A DNA stretch of 64,000 bases from an uncultured Bacteroidales bacterium (GTDB lineage: Bacteria > Bacteroidota > Bacteroidia > Bacteroidales > FEN-979): the NCBI GenBank assembly GCA_903959905.1, contig CAJBYO010000029.1:78972-142971 (forward strand), in the 5' to 3' direction. How positions within the stretch are numbered: position 1 is the first letter of the stretch; each line of letters starts with the position of its first letter. The notes below the pieces were generated by a model that worked only from the letters and a program-made list of their open reading frames with translations, did not search any database and was not told the origin of the DNA. Shown one piece after another: positions 9,780 through 19,688 of this stretch. The position numbers and the translations under genes were made by a program.

Positions 9780-10462
9780 ATGAAAAAATATATAATATTC
9801 TTTTTTACTTTGATGCCAATCAGAAGGATTCAGCCATAGCCTATTCAAAAAAAGCCATTGCCGCTGTTCAAAATTCTGCTTTTGCAACGATGGTTATCAA
9901 ACCCGCAAAACTGCTAACGGATATTTACAGGAATGTCAATGTTGACAGTGCTTTTAAATATTCGGAGATGTACCGAACTGCAAAAGACAGTTTATTCAGT
10001 ACCAAAGCAATTCAGCAAACCCAGCTGATGACATTTGAAGAAGAGGCCCGTAAGCAGGAATTAGGTGTTGTCACAGCAAAAGATGAAGATCAACGTAAAC
10101 AGAATATTCAATATGCTTTGCTGGCGCTTGGCATCATTACCTTCATCATACTTTTTTTAGTACTCAGCCGAAGCTTCATCGCCAATACAAAACTCATTGA
10201 GTTTTTTGGTGTGATCGCATTGCTGATTGTATTTGAATTCCTCAACTTATTGCTGCATCCTTTGCTGGAAAAAATAACGCACCACACCCCTGTGTTCATG
10301 TTGTTTGCACTGGTATGTATTGCGTCGTTACTGGTGCCTATGCATCATAGAATTGAGAAATGGGCAACCCGTAAACTGGTTGAAAAAAACAAGCAGGTGA
10401 GGCTGGCTGCCGCTAAGAAAACGATTGAAGAGTTGGAAAAGACAAATAACCAACCTGCTTAG
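9780..10462 (+). pseudogene. Internally deleted TPR-type membrane protein
   Basis: Signal-peptide start MKKYIIFFFTL at 9780 is out of frame with the TPR-like ..DANQKDSAIAYSKKAI.. that continues into ORF 9890-10462 (DSAFKY, 3 TM). Confidence 0.6.
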
Positions 10463-10536
10463 CGAATGGTGTTTCCCTGATTATGCGGTTGTTAAATGAC
10501 TGTATGTTATTGCTGAGGGATGTTCGTTAAAATTAT

Positions 10537-11178
10537 TTAATAGAGTATATGCGACCGCTTCAGGTTCCAGGTTTGATAGCCGTTGATGGTGTCGTTGATT
10601 TCTTGCTTGATCAAGCCAAAATTGTCGGCAAACCAGAGGTAGGTGTCATACGAAAACTCGTGCTGATACTGCAGGCTGGCAGTTATCTGCATTTTTGTGA
10701 TCTTGAAATATTTTGTGCCTGAGATGGTTATGCTGTCAAATTTATCAATGACTTTTGCTCCGTTAAAACTGTAATTCACCGGTTGGCCATAAAGGAAAAC
10801 AGGCTGTCCGAGCTGGCCATATTCGCCACCGCCGTTCAGTTTAATATGATTCCCCATGAAATAGTAATTAAAGGCAATATTGCCGGTCACATCAAGCAGG
10901 TTCATTTGATAAAATTCAATGCGTGATACTACCCCTCCCGGGCATCCGTGCGGACAAGGAATAGTATTAAAACCACGTGTGGTATCCGTTACAGTTACGC
11001 TGTCAACCTGGTTGTTCTGATTTTCGTAAATCCAGTATGAACCGGGTTTAAAAACATATTTTGTCGCCAGGGACGTACTGACATAGGTGGTATAATAGGA
11101 AATTTCCTGGTTGTCGTTTTTGCACCCGCTGACGATGATCAATGCCAGGATTGCTATTGAAACCGTGCGATTTTTCAT
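10537..11178 (-). CDS. Hypothetical lipoprotein
   Basis: Lipobox VSGC followed by KNDN; FKPGSYWIY and WFADNFGLIK motifs. Confidence 0.8.
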   Translation of the reverse strand: MKNRTVSIAILALIIVSGCKNDNQEISYYTTYVSTSLATKYVFKPGSYWIYENQNNQVDSVTVTDTTRGFNTIPCPHGCPGGVVSRIEFYQMNLLDVTGNIAFNYYFMGNHIKLNGGGEYGQLGQPVFLYGQPVNYSFNGAKVIDKFDSITISGTKYFKITKMQITASLQYQHEFSYDTYLWFADNFGLIKQEINDTINGYQTWNLKRSHILY

Positions 11179-11654
11179 TTTTGGTTTGGTTTATAACGGA
11201 AATATTCAAATCGTACCTTTTCCGAGTTGAATGACTTATGGATTGAATCATACTGATAATCAATATGACAGTCATGCTGGTGTTCACAGCCATTTGAAAA
11301 AGTGACGAATATAAATTCGGCTGTTGTTTTGTCAACCCAGCCAAACAGGTTGATGTAAACCAACGACTTGCGTGCTTTCTGAATTTTTAAGCCAGCCTCC
11401 GGTGAAACAAGCCTGATGTGCGTGTTCTCAATGGATTCCGGCAATTCAATATCCGGAAAATCATCAGGTTGCCCGTAAACATGTTTCCCGAAATACAAGG
11501 TGTCAAAACTGGTTTTGTGTTTATCGTTAACAGCCTTGATATACGATGCAATAGCTTGTGCATAAACTTGTTTCAGGTCTGTTTTTGTCGGAAAATCAGG
11601 GGATTGCCCGTAAACCAGCAGCGGAAGCATGAACAGTATGATGAATCGGTGCAT
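11175..11654 (-). CDS. Hypothetical secreted protein
   Basis: Signal peptide ending YG/Q; overlaps the next gene by 4 nt. Confidence 0.75.
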   Translation of the reverse strand: MHRFIILFMLPLLVYGQSPDFPTKTDLKQVYAQAIASYIKAVNDKHKTSFDTLYFGKHVYGQPDDFPDIELPESIENTHIRLVSPEAGLKIQKARKSLVYINLFGWVDKTTAEFIFVTFSNGCEHQHDCHIDYQYDSIHKSFNSEKVRFEYFRYKPNQK

Positions 11655-11695
11655 TTTTTCGCGTTTATCATTTAGTTTGATGTGCCTGAACTTTT

Positions 11696-12217
11696 TCAGA
11701 GCAAATGTAGTGCCGGATCATTTTCATCAATGCATCTGATGCAATTGAAGCAGGCGGCATCACTGGCCTGCACGTCGGTATATTCATCCTTTTTGAACAT
11801 GATGATAAACAGTCCATCCATGTTTCCGGCAGTCGACGATAACCTGTATTTGTATAATCCGTTTGCAAGGCCGGTCAGATCTTGTTGATATTGTGACGGG
11901 ATATAGGCAGGCCAGTTATTCAGATAGTGATCAAAATGAACGATTTGCTGACCTTCCCTGTTGAAAATTGTAAAGCTGAGACTATCTATGCTTTCATGGT
12001 CACCGTAACGCTTTATGCGAAACTGGTCGTTGATGCCATCATTATTTGGCGTAATGATATTTTCAAGTTCAATGGTGTCATTCCCAAGCACTTTGTAATG
12101 AGAATTATCACAAATCAGGCATAAATCATCACTTAATTTGTAGGGAACCTGTGTGCTTTTTTTAGAACATCCGGTTAGAAAAAGTGCAATGAGTAATAAA
12201 AACGCTATTTGTTTCAT
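11696..12217 (-). CDS. Lipoprotein with gliding-motility/CHU_C (T9SS type B CTD-like) domain
   Basis: LTGC lipobox; NIITPNNDGINDQFRI, FTIFNREG and GLYKY motifs. Confidence 0.75.
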   Translation of the reverse strand: MKQIAFLLLIALFLTGCSKKSTQVPYKLSDDLCLICDNSHYKVLGNDTIELENIITPNNDGINDQFRIKRYGDHESIDSLSFTIFNREGQQIVHFDHYLNNWPAYIPSQYQQDLTGLANGLYKYRLSSTAGNMDGLFIIMFKKDEYTDVQASDAACFNCIRCIDENDPALHLL

Positions 12218-12351
12218 AATAGCCTATTGGAATGTTGGTAAAAGATACCGTTGTAGTTTCCTGCAATCTTCTCTGAAAGATCTTCCGGACTGTTTTTTTC
12301 GCAAGCCGAAATGACCATGGAAATTGCGAATAACAGGATCATTTTTTTCAT
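12214..12351 (-). CDS. 45-aa lipoprotein or truncated remnant (not in the ORF track)
   Basis: Own translation MKKMILLFAISMVISACEKNSPEDLSEKIAGNYNGIFYQHSNRLL*; its stop overlaps the next ATG (ATGA). Confidence 0.65.
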   Translation of the reverse strand: MKKMILLFAISMVISACEKNSPEDLSEKIAGNYNGIFYQHSNRLL

Positions 12352-12363
12352 GCTTCAGGAGAA

Positions 12364-13047
12364 TTATTGTTTCCCATAGGTTGAATTGTATTGCCTGATG
12401 AGATCCCGCAGATGGTAAAAATCAGCCGGTTGATCGCGCAGTGCTTTAACGAACGCCGGATTGTCGCGGATGAGCGGAAAAAACACGTTCTGAAACTTCT
12501 TTTCTCCCGTGGGAACATCGATCAGTTTGCCATCGGGCAGCTTCCGGATAAAATAACGGATGTCATAATATTCCTCATCGGTTTTACGATCTCCGGTGGC
12601 CATGCTGCTGATCATTCCGGGGTTTACGATCTGGTCGGAAAGCCCTTTGTCAGAATAATTGTAAATATGCCCATACAGTGTGATGCGGCCATCTTCCAGG
12701 GTGGTAAGAAATACCTGCCGGTCATCAGGCGGGATGCTTTGAATGGTGTAGGATATACCATTCCTGTAAAATGATTTAATCTTGCCATCATCCGCCGTAA
12801 AATTCGGAATTGTCGGGAAATCACCGATTATTTTCAGTTTGACCTTTTGGTCTTCCCTGATGAAAAAAATCATGGAAGCACGCTCATGATAGATCAACCC
12901 GCGAACTGTGTCATTGGCAACTGTAACGAGGTACCCTTTCCTGTACTTCAGAATCTGGCCTTTCTGAACCGTAACCACTGAATCCTGGGAGAATGAAACA
13001 AGATTCGACAGCAACAGGAAGCAAAATACAATAGGAATACGATTCAT
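12364..13047 (-). CDS. Hypothetical secreted protein
   Basis: Signal peptide ending FS/Q; GYLVTVANDTVRG and LIRQYN motifs common in Bacteroidota hypotheticals. Confidence 0.75.
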   Translation of the reverse strand: MNRIPIVFCFLLLSNLVSFSQDSVVTVQKGQILKYRKGYLVTVANDTVRGLIYHERASMIFFIREDQKVKLKIIGDFPTIPNFTADDGKIKSFYRNGISYTIQSIPPDDRQVFLTTLEDGRITLYGHIYNYSDKGLSDQIVNPGMISSMATGDRKTDEEYYDIRYFIRKLPDGKLIDVPTGEKKFQNVFFPLIRDNPAFVKALRDQPADFYHLRDLIRQYNSTYGKQ

Positions 13048-13064
13048 GTTGGAAGAGGTGTGTT

Positions 13065-13541
13065 TCAGTGTTTTTTCATTTTCGGCACTGTGCCAAAGAT
13101 GACCGGCAGATTAAACGGAGAACTGACGGCAATTCCTCTCACCTTCGCGGGTCTCCATGTTGGCATTTTAGCTATGACTGCCAGGGCAACAGAGTCCAGT
13201 GTCGGGTTAAGCCCCCGTAAAATCCGCGGACATTTGATGTTTCCTTTTTCATCAACGATAAAGGTCGTAAAAACTTTCCCACTCACCGAATCGGCTGGCC
13301 AGTATGGGGGGAATTTCATATTCTCTTTGAAGAAAACAGTTCGTGCGTCCTCTCCCCCGGGAAACGAAGGCATCTCCTCAAATGACCACCGGCCAATCTC
13401 ATGCATCCCGGGGTCGGGATTAAACTGATGCCACAGAGAATCACATTGACCAGCGGCATTAACGGAGAGGATACAAAAAAAAAGGAGTATTAATCTGTAG
13501 ATCAGTTTCATTGGATTAGCGTGGCTTAACGATGGACACAT
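13065..13541 (-). CDS. TonB C-terminal domain protein
   Basis: EEMPSFPGG, GKVFTTFIVDEKG, ILRGL and MPTWRPA motifs; true start may be MKLIYR. Confidence 0.85.
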   Translation of the reverse strand: MCPSLSHANPMKLIYRLILLFFCILSVNAAGQCDSLWHQFNPDPGMHEIGRWSFEEMPSFPGGEDARTVFFKENMKFPPYWPADSVSGKVFTTFIVDEKGNIKCPRILRGLNPTLDSVALAVIAKMPTWRPAKVRGIAVSSPFNLPVIFGTVPKMKKH

Positions 13542-13573
13542 GCCGGTTCATAGTTTATATTTTACGCTGGAAT

Positions 13574-14194
13574 TCAAGTCTTTCTGCATGTAAATTCAGA
13601 CCATAATTTATCCAGGCTAAGCCAGACAGGATGGGATAGCGGTTTGGGGGATAATTCGTAGAAAATGAACGTCCTTTTCTCACCCAAACAGGATTTCACA
13701 TGAACCTTGCAGTTAAGAACGATCGGCTTTTGCTGCATGTAATCTGTCATGGTAATCGTCCCGAAATATGTTTTTATATCACCGGTATCTTTCCGGGCTT
13801 CCCTGAATGATGTCGCAACCGGGATGATTTTTTCAACGGGGATTTTACTCCCGTTAGCAGCAATTAATCCTGTATAATAGGCTTTCAAGTTGCTGTTTAG
13901 AATTTCGGAATCTACATTAACCTCTCCCTCCAGGTACCACAGAAATCCGTAGGTCCAATACTCATCGCTGGTTGCTTTTGACCAGCCTGGAGAGAAACGA
14001 ATATCTTCGATTCCCGTATATAGAATCTGAGGCGCAAAACTGATGGGAATCGAAAATCGCTCAATGGCCCAGCCTTCCGGCGTCGGGAGGGAATAGGGGG
14101 CCTCCCAGGTATGTCCATCAAATTCAGGTTGTATTTCTTGTCCATAGATTGCAACGGAATATCCAAGGAGTAAGAGGATCGCAAAAGTCTTCAC
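13574..14194 (-). CDS. Hypothetical secreted protein
   Basis: Signal peptide; FAPQILYTGIEDIRFSPGW and ELSPKP..HPVW segments. Confidence 0.75.
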   Translation of the reverse strand: MKTFAILLLLGYSVAIYGQEIQPEFDGHTWEAPYSLPTPEGWAIERFSIPISFAPQILYTGIEDIRFSPGWSKATSDEYWTYGFLWYLEGEVNVDSEILNSNLKAYYTGLIAANGSKIPVEKIIPVATSFREARKDTGDIKTYFGTITMTDYMQQKPIVLNCKVHVKSCLGEKRTFIFYELSPKPLSHPVWLSLDKLWSEFTCRKT

Positions 14195-14483
14195 GGTTTT
14201 AATATTTGGATTGCTGGAATTTAGGTCATCAAAAGTACGAATTCCGGCAATACTGCTTGCCGGATAGGTTTGTTACCGAAAGATAATTGTTGGTGAAATA
14301 TCTCAGTGGAAATGAGTAGAACAGATATTATGGTCTGAGAAATTATCTTAACTTTATTAACAAGTAGATTCTATCATTAAATCTGTTATATTTGAAAATC
14401 AAAAAGTCTGAAAAACAAAAAGAACTGACTTGTTTAACTGGACACAAATAAAAAGTCTCATGGATTAAATACGGGAACTAAAC

Positions 14484-17400
14484 ATGAGTGATTCTAAGGA
14501 TAAAAACGCATTTGGCAAATTGAAAAAAAGGGCAGAAATTCTGGTGAGAAGTAACCCTTCAAATTCAATTATTGCATCGTCCGACGTGGATAATGCCAAG
14601 GTTTTGCATGAGTTGGAAGTCTCCCGTACGGAACTGGAACTACAGAATGAAGAACTTCGTCAGGCACTAAAGGAGGCCCAGGTTGCCAATAACAGGTACG
14701 CTGAATTGTACGATCATTCTCCCATCGGATTTATAACACTGACCTCCGAAGGCAGGATACTGGATTTGAATTTGCCCGCAGCAAAGCTGTTTGGGAAGGA
14801 ACAAGCCAAATTACGGAACAGCCAGTTTGGTTTTTTTCTTGCAGAGGATCATAGAGAAAACTTTATTCACTTCCTTGAGCATATATTCAACAGTAATACC
14901 AGCCAAAACAGTGATTTCATGTTGTCTGTCAGCAAGGGCAGTTTTCCCAGGTTTATTAATCTGAGCGGTATCCGAAACGGAAATGCTGAACAGTGCAGGG
15001 TTGTAATGCATGATATAACCGATAGAAAGCAGGCGCATCAAAAGCTTGCAGACAGCGAACAACGGTTCCGCAGTTACTTTGAGCTGCCCTTCACCGGCCG
15101 GGCCATTACTTCCCCCGGCAAAGGCTGGATTGAGGTGAATCAGGCTCTTTGCGATATGCTTGGATATACTAAACCAGAGTTGATAAGGACAAATTGGGCT
15201 GATTTAACCCATCCTGATGATCTGGAAGCAGATCTTTTGCAATTCAACCGGGTTGTGTCAAACCAAATAGATGGATATTCGCTTTGCAAGCGCTTTATCC
15301 ATAAAGACGGTCATCCGGTTTATACCAATGTTGCCGTGCAATGCGTGAGGCATCCTGATCTGCAGGTTGACTATTGCGTTGCCATCATCCTTGATATCTC
15401 GGAACTTGAAAAGACAGAACAAACCCTGAACATGCAAAAAAAGCAATACCGGGACCTGTTTGAGAATTCTTTGCTGGGGATACTTGTTATTGACCGGGAA
15501 GGAACTTTTCGGATGGTCAATCCAACCGCAGCAAACAAGTTTGGAATGACACAAGATGAGGTAGCCGGAAAATCTATCCATGATCTAATCGGTCAGGAGA
15601 AAGCACAGGAATATATTGAGTTTAACCGCACCCTGATGGATTCCGGGGGGCAACGGGAATACGAGGATTCGTTCCTGATGAACGGTGTGGAAAGGACATT
15701 TCTCATATTTGACAAGGCCCTGGATAATGAGAATGGGAGTTGTGATACGATGCTGAGCACATCCATCGATATCACCGAGCGAAAAGTAATCCAGGAACAT
15801 CTGATAAAGAGCGAGAAAAATCTTTCTGAAACGGAACGCATCGGAAAAACAGGAAGCTGGGATTATGATGTTGCGACAGATACGGCGAACTGGTCGGAAA
15901 ATATGTTCCGGATCTTTGATGTTGATCCGGAGATGCCCAAAGAGTTGGTGTTTAAACATTTTGTTGAAAATTTAGTTCATCCGGATGACAGGGTGCATGT
16001 TCTGTCTGTTTTTGCAGATGCGATTAGCGGAAAACGGCCGTATGATCTTGAATACCGGGTAGTTAATAAGAATGGAATTGTCAGCATTATTCATGCGGTT
16101 GCAAATACAGTACGTGATGAAAAGGGCCATGCAACCCGCTTGATCGGGAAAGTTGAAGATATTACTGAGCCTAAACGACTCGAAAACGTTTATAATTTTC
16201 TTATAACAAAGGGCTATCCCGGCTCAGATGAGAATTTCTTTGAATCCCTGGCGAAATATCTTTCTGATATACTGGGTGCCGAATACATTTGCATTGATAA
16301 ACTTGAAGGTGAAGGGCTGACAGCGCAGACCGTTGCAGTGTATAACGAGGGGAAATTTGATGTTAATGTATCCTACACACTTAAACAAACCCCATGTGGG
16401 GAAGTGGTTGGAAAAACCATTTGTTCATTTCCTGAAAATGTGTGCCAGCTCTTTCCTTATGATGAAGCACTTCAGGAATTAAAAGCACAGAGTTATATTG
16501 GCACTACCTTGTGGAGTTTTGACGGGAGACCCATCGGACTGATCGCAGTTATCGGGCAAAAACCGATGAATAATGTCGTTTTTGCGGAAGAGGTATTGAA
16601 AATAGTCGCTATCCGGTCAGCCGGTGAATTAGAACGGATCCAGGTGGCAGATGAATTAAGGCTGGCCAAGGAAAAGGCCGAAGAAAATGAAGCCAGGTTG
16701 AAAATGGCCCAGGAAGTAAGCAAATCTGGTTCATGGGAATGGGATATTTTGAAAAACGCTTTTTACTGGTCGGATGAATTTCTGAAGCTGTTTGGATTGC
16801 CGGAAAATACGGTCGCAGGATTTGAAGCCTGGACAAAGGCACTGCATCCTGACGACGTTGAAATTGCATCAAGGAGGATTCAGGAGGCAATTGAAAACCG
16901 TACTCCCTTGTTGAACGACTACCGGATTATCCTTCCCGGTTATGAACACCGGTGGATAAGGTCAACCGGGCAAACTACATACGTAAACGACACTCCGGTA
17001 AGAATGATTGTAATGTGTATGGATATCACCAATCAGAAGATGGTAGAAACCGAAATCCGCAATCTTAATGAAAACCTTGAAATGCTTATTGCAGAGCGAA
17101 CACACAAGCTTGAAGAAATAAATAAGGAACTTACTTTTCATATTAATGAAGTTGAACAATTCACCTATATTGCCTCGCATGACCTCCAGGAACCTTTACG
17201 CACGCTGATCAATTATACCGACCTGCTTCACAAAGATTATGGTGGAAAACCGGACGAGGAATTGGAAAAATATCTGAACTTCATTTCAGGCTCGGCTTAC
17301 CGGATGAAATCGTTGGTAACAGGATTGCTTGAATACTCAATATTGGGTAAGGAGAGTGTGATGACACTGGTTGATTGCAATAAGATTGTTCACGAAGTCC

Positions 17401-17810
17401 TTCTTGACTTGTCAGACTCCATTGTTGTGGCAAAGCCGGACATCACGCTGGGTTCCTTGCCGGTTATCAATGGTTATGCAACCGAATTGAGACTTTTATT
17501 CCAGAATCTGATTGCCAACGCAATCAAATTCAGGAATAATGATGTCCTGCCCGAAATTGCAATCGCCTGTGAAAACCGGGAAAGAGAATGGCTGTTCAGT
17601 ATTTCGGATAATGGCATCGGAATCAAAGAGCAGGACAAGGAGAAGGTTTTTATCATCTTTAAACGGATGCAAAACCAAAAGAATTTCCCGGGAACCGGAA
17701 TAGGGCTCGCTCATTGCAAAAAGATCGTGGAATTACATAAGGGCAGGATTTGGGTGGACTCAATACCCGGGGCAGGCAGTACTTTCAGATTTACAATCCC
17801 CAAACGATAA
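14484..17810 (+). CDS. Multi-PAS/GAF sensor histidine kinase
   Basis: Several HPDD PAS motifs, a GAF segment, H-box ASHDLQEPLR, N/G boxes NLIANAIKF, DNGIG and GTGIGL. Confidence 0.95.
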   Translation: MSDSKDKNAFGKLKKRAEILVRSNPSNSIIASSDVDNAKVLHELEVSRTELELQNEELRQALKEAQVANNRYAELYDHSPIGFITLTSEGRILDLNLPAAKLFGKEQAKLRNSQFGFFLAEDHRENFIHFLEHIFNSNTSQNSDFMLSVSKGSFPRFINLSGIRNGNAEQCRVVMHDITDRKQAHQKLADSEQRFRSYFELPFTGRAITSPGKGWIEVNQALCDMLGYTKPELIRTNWADLTHPDDLEADLLQFNRVVSNQIDGYSLCKRFIHKDGHPVYTNVAVQCVRHPDLQVDYCVAIILDISELEKTEQTLNMQKKQYRDLFENSLLGILVIDREGTFRMVNPTAANKFGMTQDEVAGKSIHDLIGQEKAQEYIEFNRTLMDSGGQREYEDSFLMNGVERTFLIFDKALDNENGSCDTMLSTSIDITERKVIQEHLIKSEKNLSETERIGKTGSWDYDVATDTANWSENMFRIFDVDPEMPKELVFKHFVENLVHPDDRVHVLSVFADAISGKRPYDLEYRVVNKNGIVSIIHAVANTVRDEKGHATRLIGKVEDITEPKRLENVYNFLITKGYPGSDENFFESLAKYLSDILGAEYICIDKLEGEGLTAQTVAVYNEGKFDVNVSYTLKQTPCGEVVGKTICSFPENVCQLFPYDEALQELKAQSYIGTTLWSFDGRPIGLIAVIGQKPMNNVVFAEEVLKIVAIRSAGELERIQVADELRLAKEKAEENEARLKMAQEVSKSGSWEWDILKNAFYWSDEFLKLFGLPENTVAGFEAWTKALHPDDVEIASRRIQEAIENRTPLLNDYRIILPGYEHRWIRSTGQTTYVNDTPVRMIVMCMDITNQKMVETEIRNLNENLEMLIAERTHKLEEINKELTFHINEVEQFTYIASHDLQEPLRTLINYTDLLHKDYGGKPDEELEKYLNFISGSAYRMKSLVTGLLEYSILGKESVMTLVDCNKIVHEVLLDLSDSIVVAKPDITLGSLPVINGYATELRLLFQNLIANAIKFRNNDVLPEIAIACENREREWLFSISDNGIGIKEQDKEKVFIIFKRMQNQKNFPGTGIGLAHCKKIVELHKGRIWVDSIPGAGSTFRFTIPKR

Positions 17811-17815
17811 AAGGC

Positions 17816-18247
17816 ATGAAGAAAAAATTAAAATGTGTCCTGCTTGTCGATGACAATGAAGCCGACAATTTTTTTCATAAAAGAATTCTTAAAGAGTCAG
17901 GCATCACTGATCAGATAGAAATTGCCACAGACGGGGAGGAGGCGCTTGATTTCCTTATTACCAGGGGGAAAGACGGTGTGCCTCCGGGACAGAATTTGCT
18001 TCCGGAACTTATCTTTCTGGATATCAATATGCCGGTAATGGACGGATGGACATTTCTTGAGGAGTATGACAAACTTGGTGATTCACTGAAAAGTAAAATA
18101 ATCATTGTAATGTTAACCACGTCTGTAAACCCTGCTGATAAAAAACACCTGGAAAAGAGGCAGGGACGTGTTGATTTTCTTCAAAAACCTTTAACGCTGG
18201 CATTGATTGATGATGTCATGAGGAGGCACTTCCCGGAAAACCTGTAA
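17816..18247 (+). CDS. Single-domain response regulator (Rcp1-like)
   Basis: LLVDD, LIFLDINMP, MLTTS and QKP; start reset to ATG 17816. Confidence 0.92.
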   Translation: MKKKLKCVLLVDDNEADNFFHKRILKESGITDQIEIATDGEEALDFLITRGKDGVPPGQNLLPELIFLDINMPVMDGWTFLEEYDKLGDSLKSKIIIVMLTTSVNPADKKHLEKRQGRVDFLQKPLTLALIDDVMRRHFPENL

Positions 18248-18367
18248 CACGGCTTTCAATGTGCATGTGTCATCCGCCTGTTGCAGTCATGGTATCTATT
18301 GTTGACTTAGCAAGTAAACACTGAAAAGGGAAAAAGTTTCAGTAATATTACAGCAGCATATTAATTG

Positions 18368-18401
18368 AAAGAGGCTGTCTCAAATTTGAGACAGCCTCTT
18401 T
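18368..18401. terminator. 34-bp perfect palindrome downstream of the tRNA (probable bidirectional terminator or REP-like)
   Basis: AAAGAGGCTGTCTCAAA|TTTGAGACAGCCTCTTT. Confidence 0.75.
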
Positions 18402-18417
18402 TCTGTTAAATACCCGG

Positions 18418-18491
18418 TGGAGTATACCGGAGTCGAACCGGTGACCTCTGCATTGCGAACGCAGCGCTCTGGCCAGCTGAGCTAATACCCC
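18418..18491 (-). tRNA. tRNA-Ala(CGC), CCA not encoded
   Basis: GGGGTATTAGCTCAGCTGGCCAGAGCGCTGCGTT-CGC-AATGCAGAGGTCACCGGTTCGACTCCGGTATACTCCA; G3:U70 pair; TATCTTTG promoter at 18514-18521. Confidence 0.96.
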
Positions 18492-18527
18492 AAGGCATTG
18501 TGAATGGTTATTGCAAAGATATTTACA

Positions 18528-18658
18528 ATTTACGAATGTGGGATTTACGATTGCAGATTGAATTGAAAAAATTGACGATCTATGATTAGCCGTACTATCA
18601 ATCGTCAATCTGAAATCATTCAATTCAATCTGCAATCGTAAATCCCATCACCGTAAAT
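18528..18658. repeat. ~130 bp hairpin element, family C (heptamer-based)
   Basis: Perfect 29-bp inverted repeat 18539-18567/18619-18647 (TGGGATTTACGATTGCAGATTGAATTGAA); homologous copy at 62306-62437. Confidence 0.9.
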
Positions 18659-19641
18659 CACATCCCTTGCTTTACCTTGTTAATTTTCTTGTTAACGGGC
18701 TTCAGACTGTGCAGGTATTTGTATATCGCGGTCAGGTCGTTGGTGTCCATCCCGGCGTACATTGTCCAGGGCATGATAGACTGCATTTCGCCCTGTTTCA
18801 GCACAGGTGGCTGGAAAGTAGCAAGGTCATATGATTTGAAGCGGAAAATAAAGGCCTCTTTGTTCCATTTGCCGATGCCGGTTTCTTCGTCGGGGGTGAT
18901 GTTGGAGGATACCAGGAAGGTGCCGTTTGGCATCTGGAATTCACGACCGCCGGTAAAGGCCTGGGATTTCACGATCTGGCCGTGTTCGGCGGGGGTGTGG
19001 CATTCAACACAGCCGGAGGCACGCACCATGTATTCGCCATAAGCAAGGGTATCTGTGGCCGGCGGCCGTGCTGTTGGTGTTGCGCTTGCAGGTATCATGT
19101 GCAGGATGACGTTCATAGGGAAGGTCGGGTTTGACCTGGCAGGGGTGTTGGAAATCTCGGGCAAGCTTCGGATGTAAGCCATCACACTGTAAATATCCTC
19201 GTTGTCAAGGGTGCCGTAGGAAGGGTAGGGCATGATGGGGAAGAGGGGATGGCCGTCTTTGCTCACCCCGCTGGTGATGGCGCGATAAAGTTCGGCATCA
19301 GACCAGCCTTTCAGGTTGAACGGGGTGATGTTCGGCGAGCGGAAACTTCCCGGGAATCCCATCTTCTGGTCAAATACTTCGTCGCCTTTTCCTTCGGTTC
19401 CTGCGACCATGGGGCCGGAAAACCTGGTCCAGTCGCGGGTTGAATGGCAGTCCATGCACACCATCACATGGTTTGCGAGGTATTTACCACGTTCAATACG
19501 TAGAGGGGTTGATTCCACTTTGACATCCTTCACCGGAACGTCGGGGAGGAACCATACGATATATAAGATCACCCCGATGATGATCAGTACCAGGGCGCCA
19601 AAGAAGCCGCCGAGGATCATGGGCCATTTTTTCTTTTTCAT
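18658..19641 (-). CDS. Membrane-anchored diheme cytochrome c
   Basis: CMDCH and CVECH, NITP motifs, MPY/MPW, N-terminal TM helix. Confidence 0.9.
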   Translation of the reverse strand: MKKKKWPMILGGFFGALVLIIIGVILYIVWFLPDVPVKDVKVESTPLRIERGKYLANHVMVCMDCHSTRDWTRFSGPMVAGTEGKGDEVFDQKMGFPGSFRSPNITPFNLKGWSDAELYRAITSGVSKDGHPLFPIMPYPSYGTLDNEDIYSVMAYIRSLPEISNTPARSNPTFPMNVILHMIPASATPTARPPATDTLAYGEYMVRASGCVECHTPAEHGQIVKSQAFTGGREFQMPNGTFLVSSNITPDEETGIGKWNKEAFIFRFKSYDLATFQPPVLKQGEMQSIMPWTMYAGMDTNDLTAIYKYLHSLKPVNKKINKVKQGM

Positions 19642-19688
19642 GTGCTATGCAGGATTATGTGGTTCGTTTTTCAAAAGTAGTTGATTTT

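Noticed and set aside
8160-18491. Integrative element or prophage at tRNA-Ala
   Set aside because: No integrase, phage genes or duplicated tRNA 3' end seen; reported only as an accessory block
18348-18635. 95-aa ORF over the tRNA region
   Set aside because: It spans tRNA-Ala and the family C hairpin, so it is spurious
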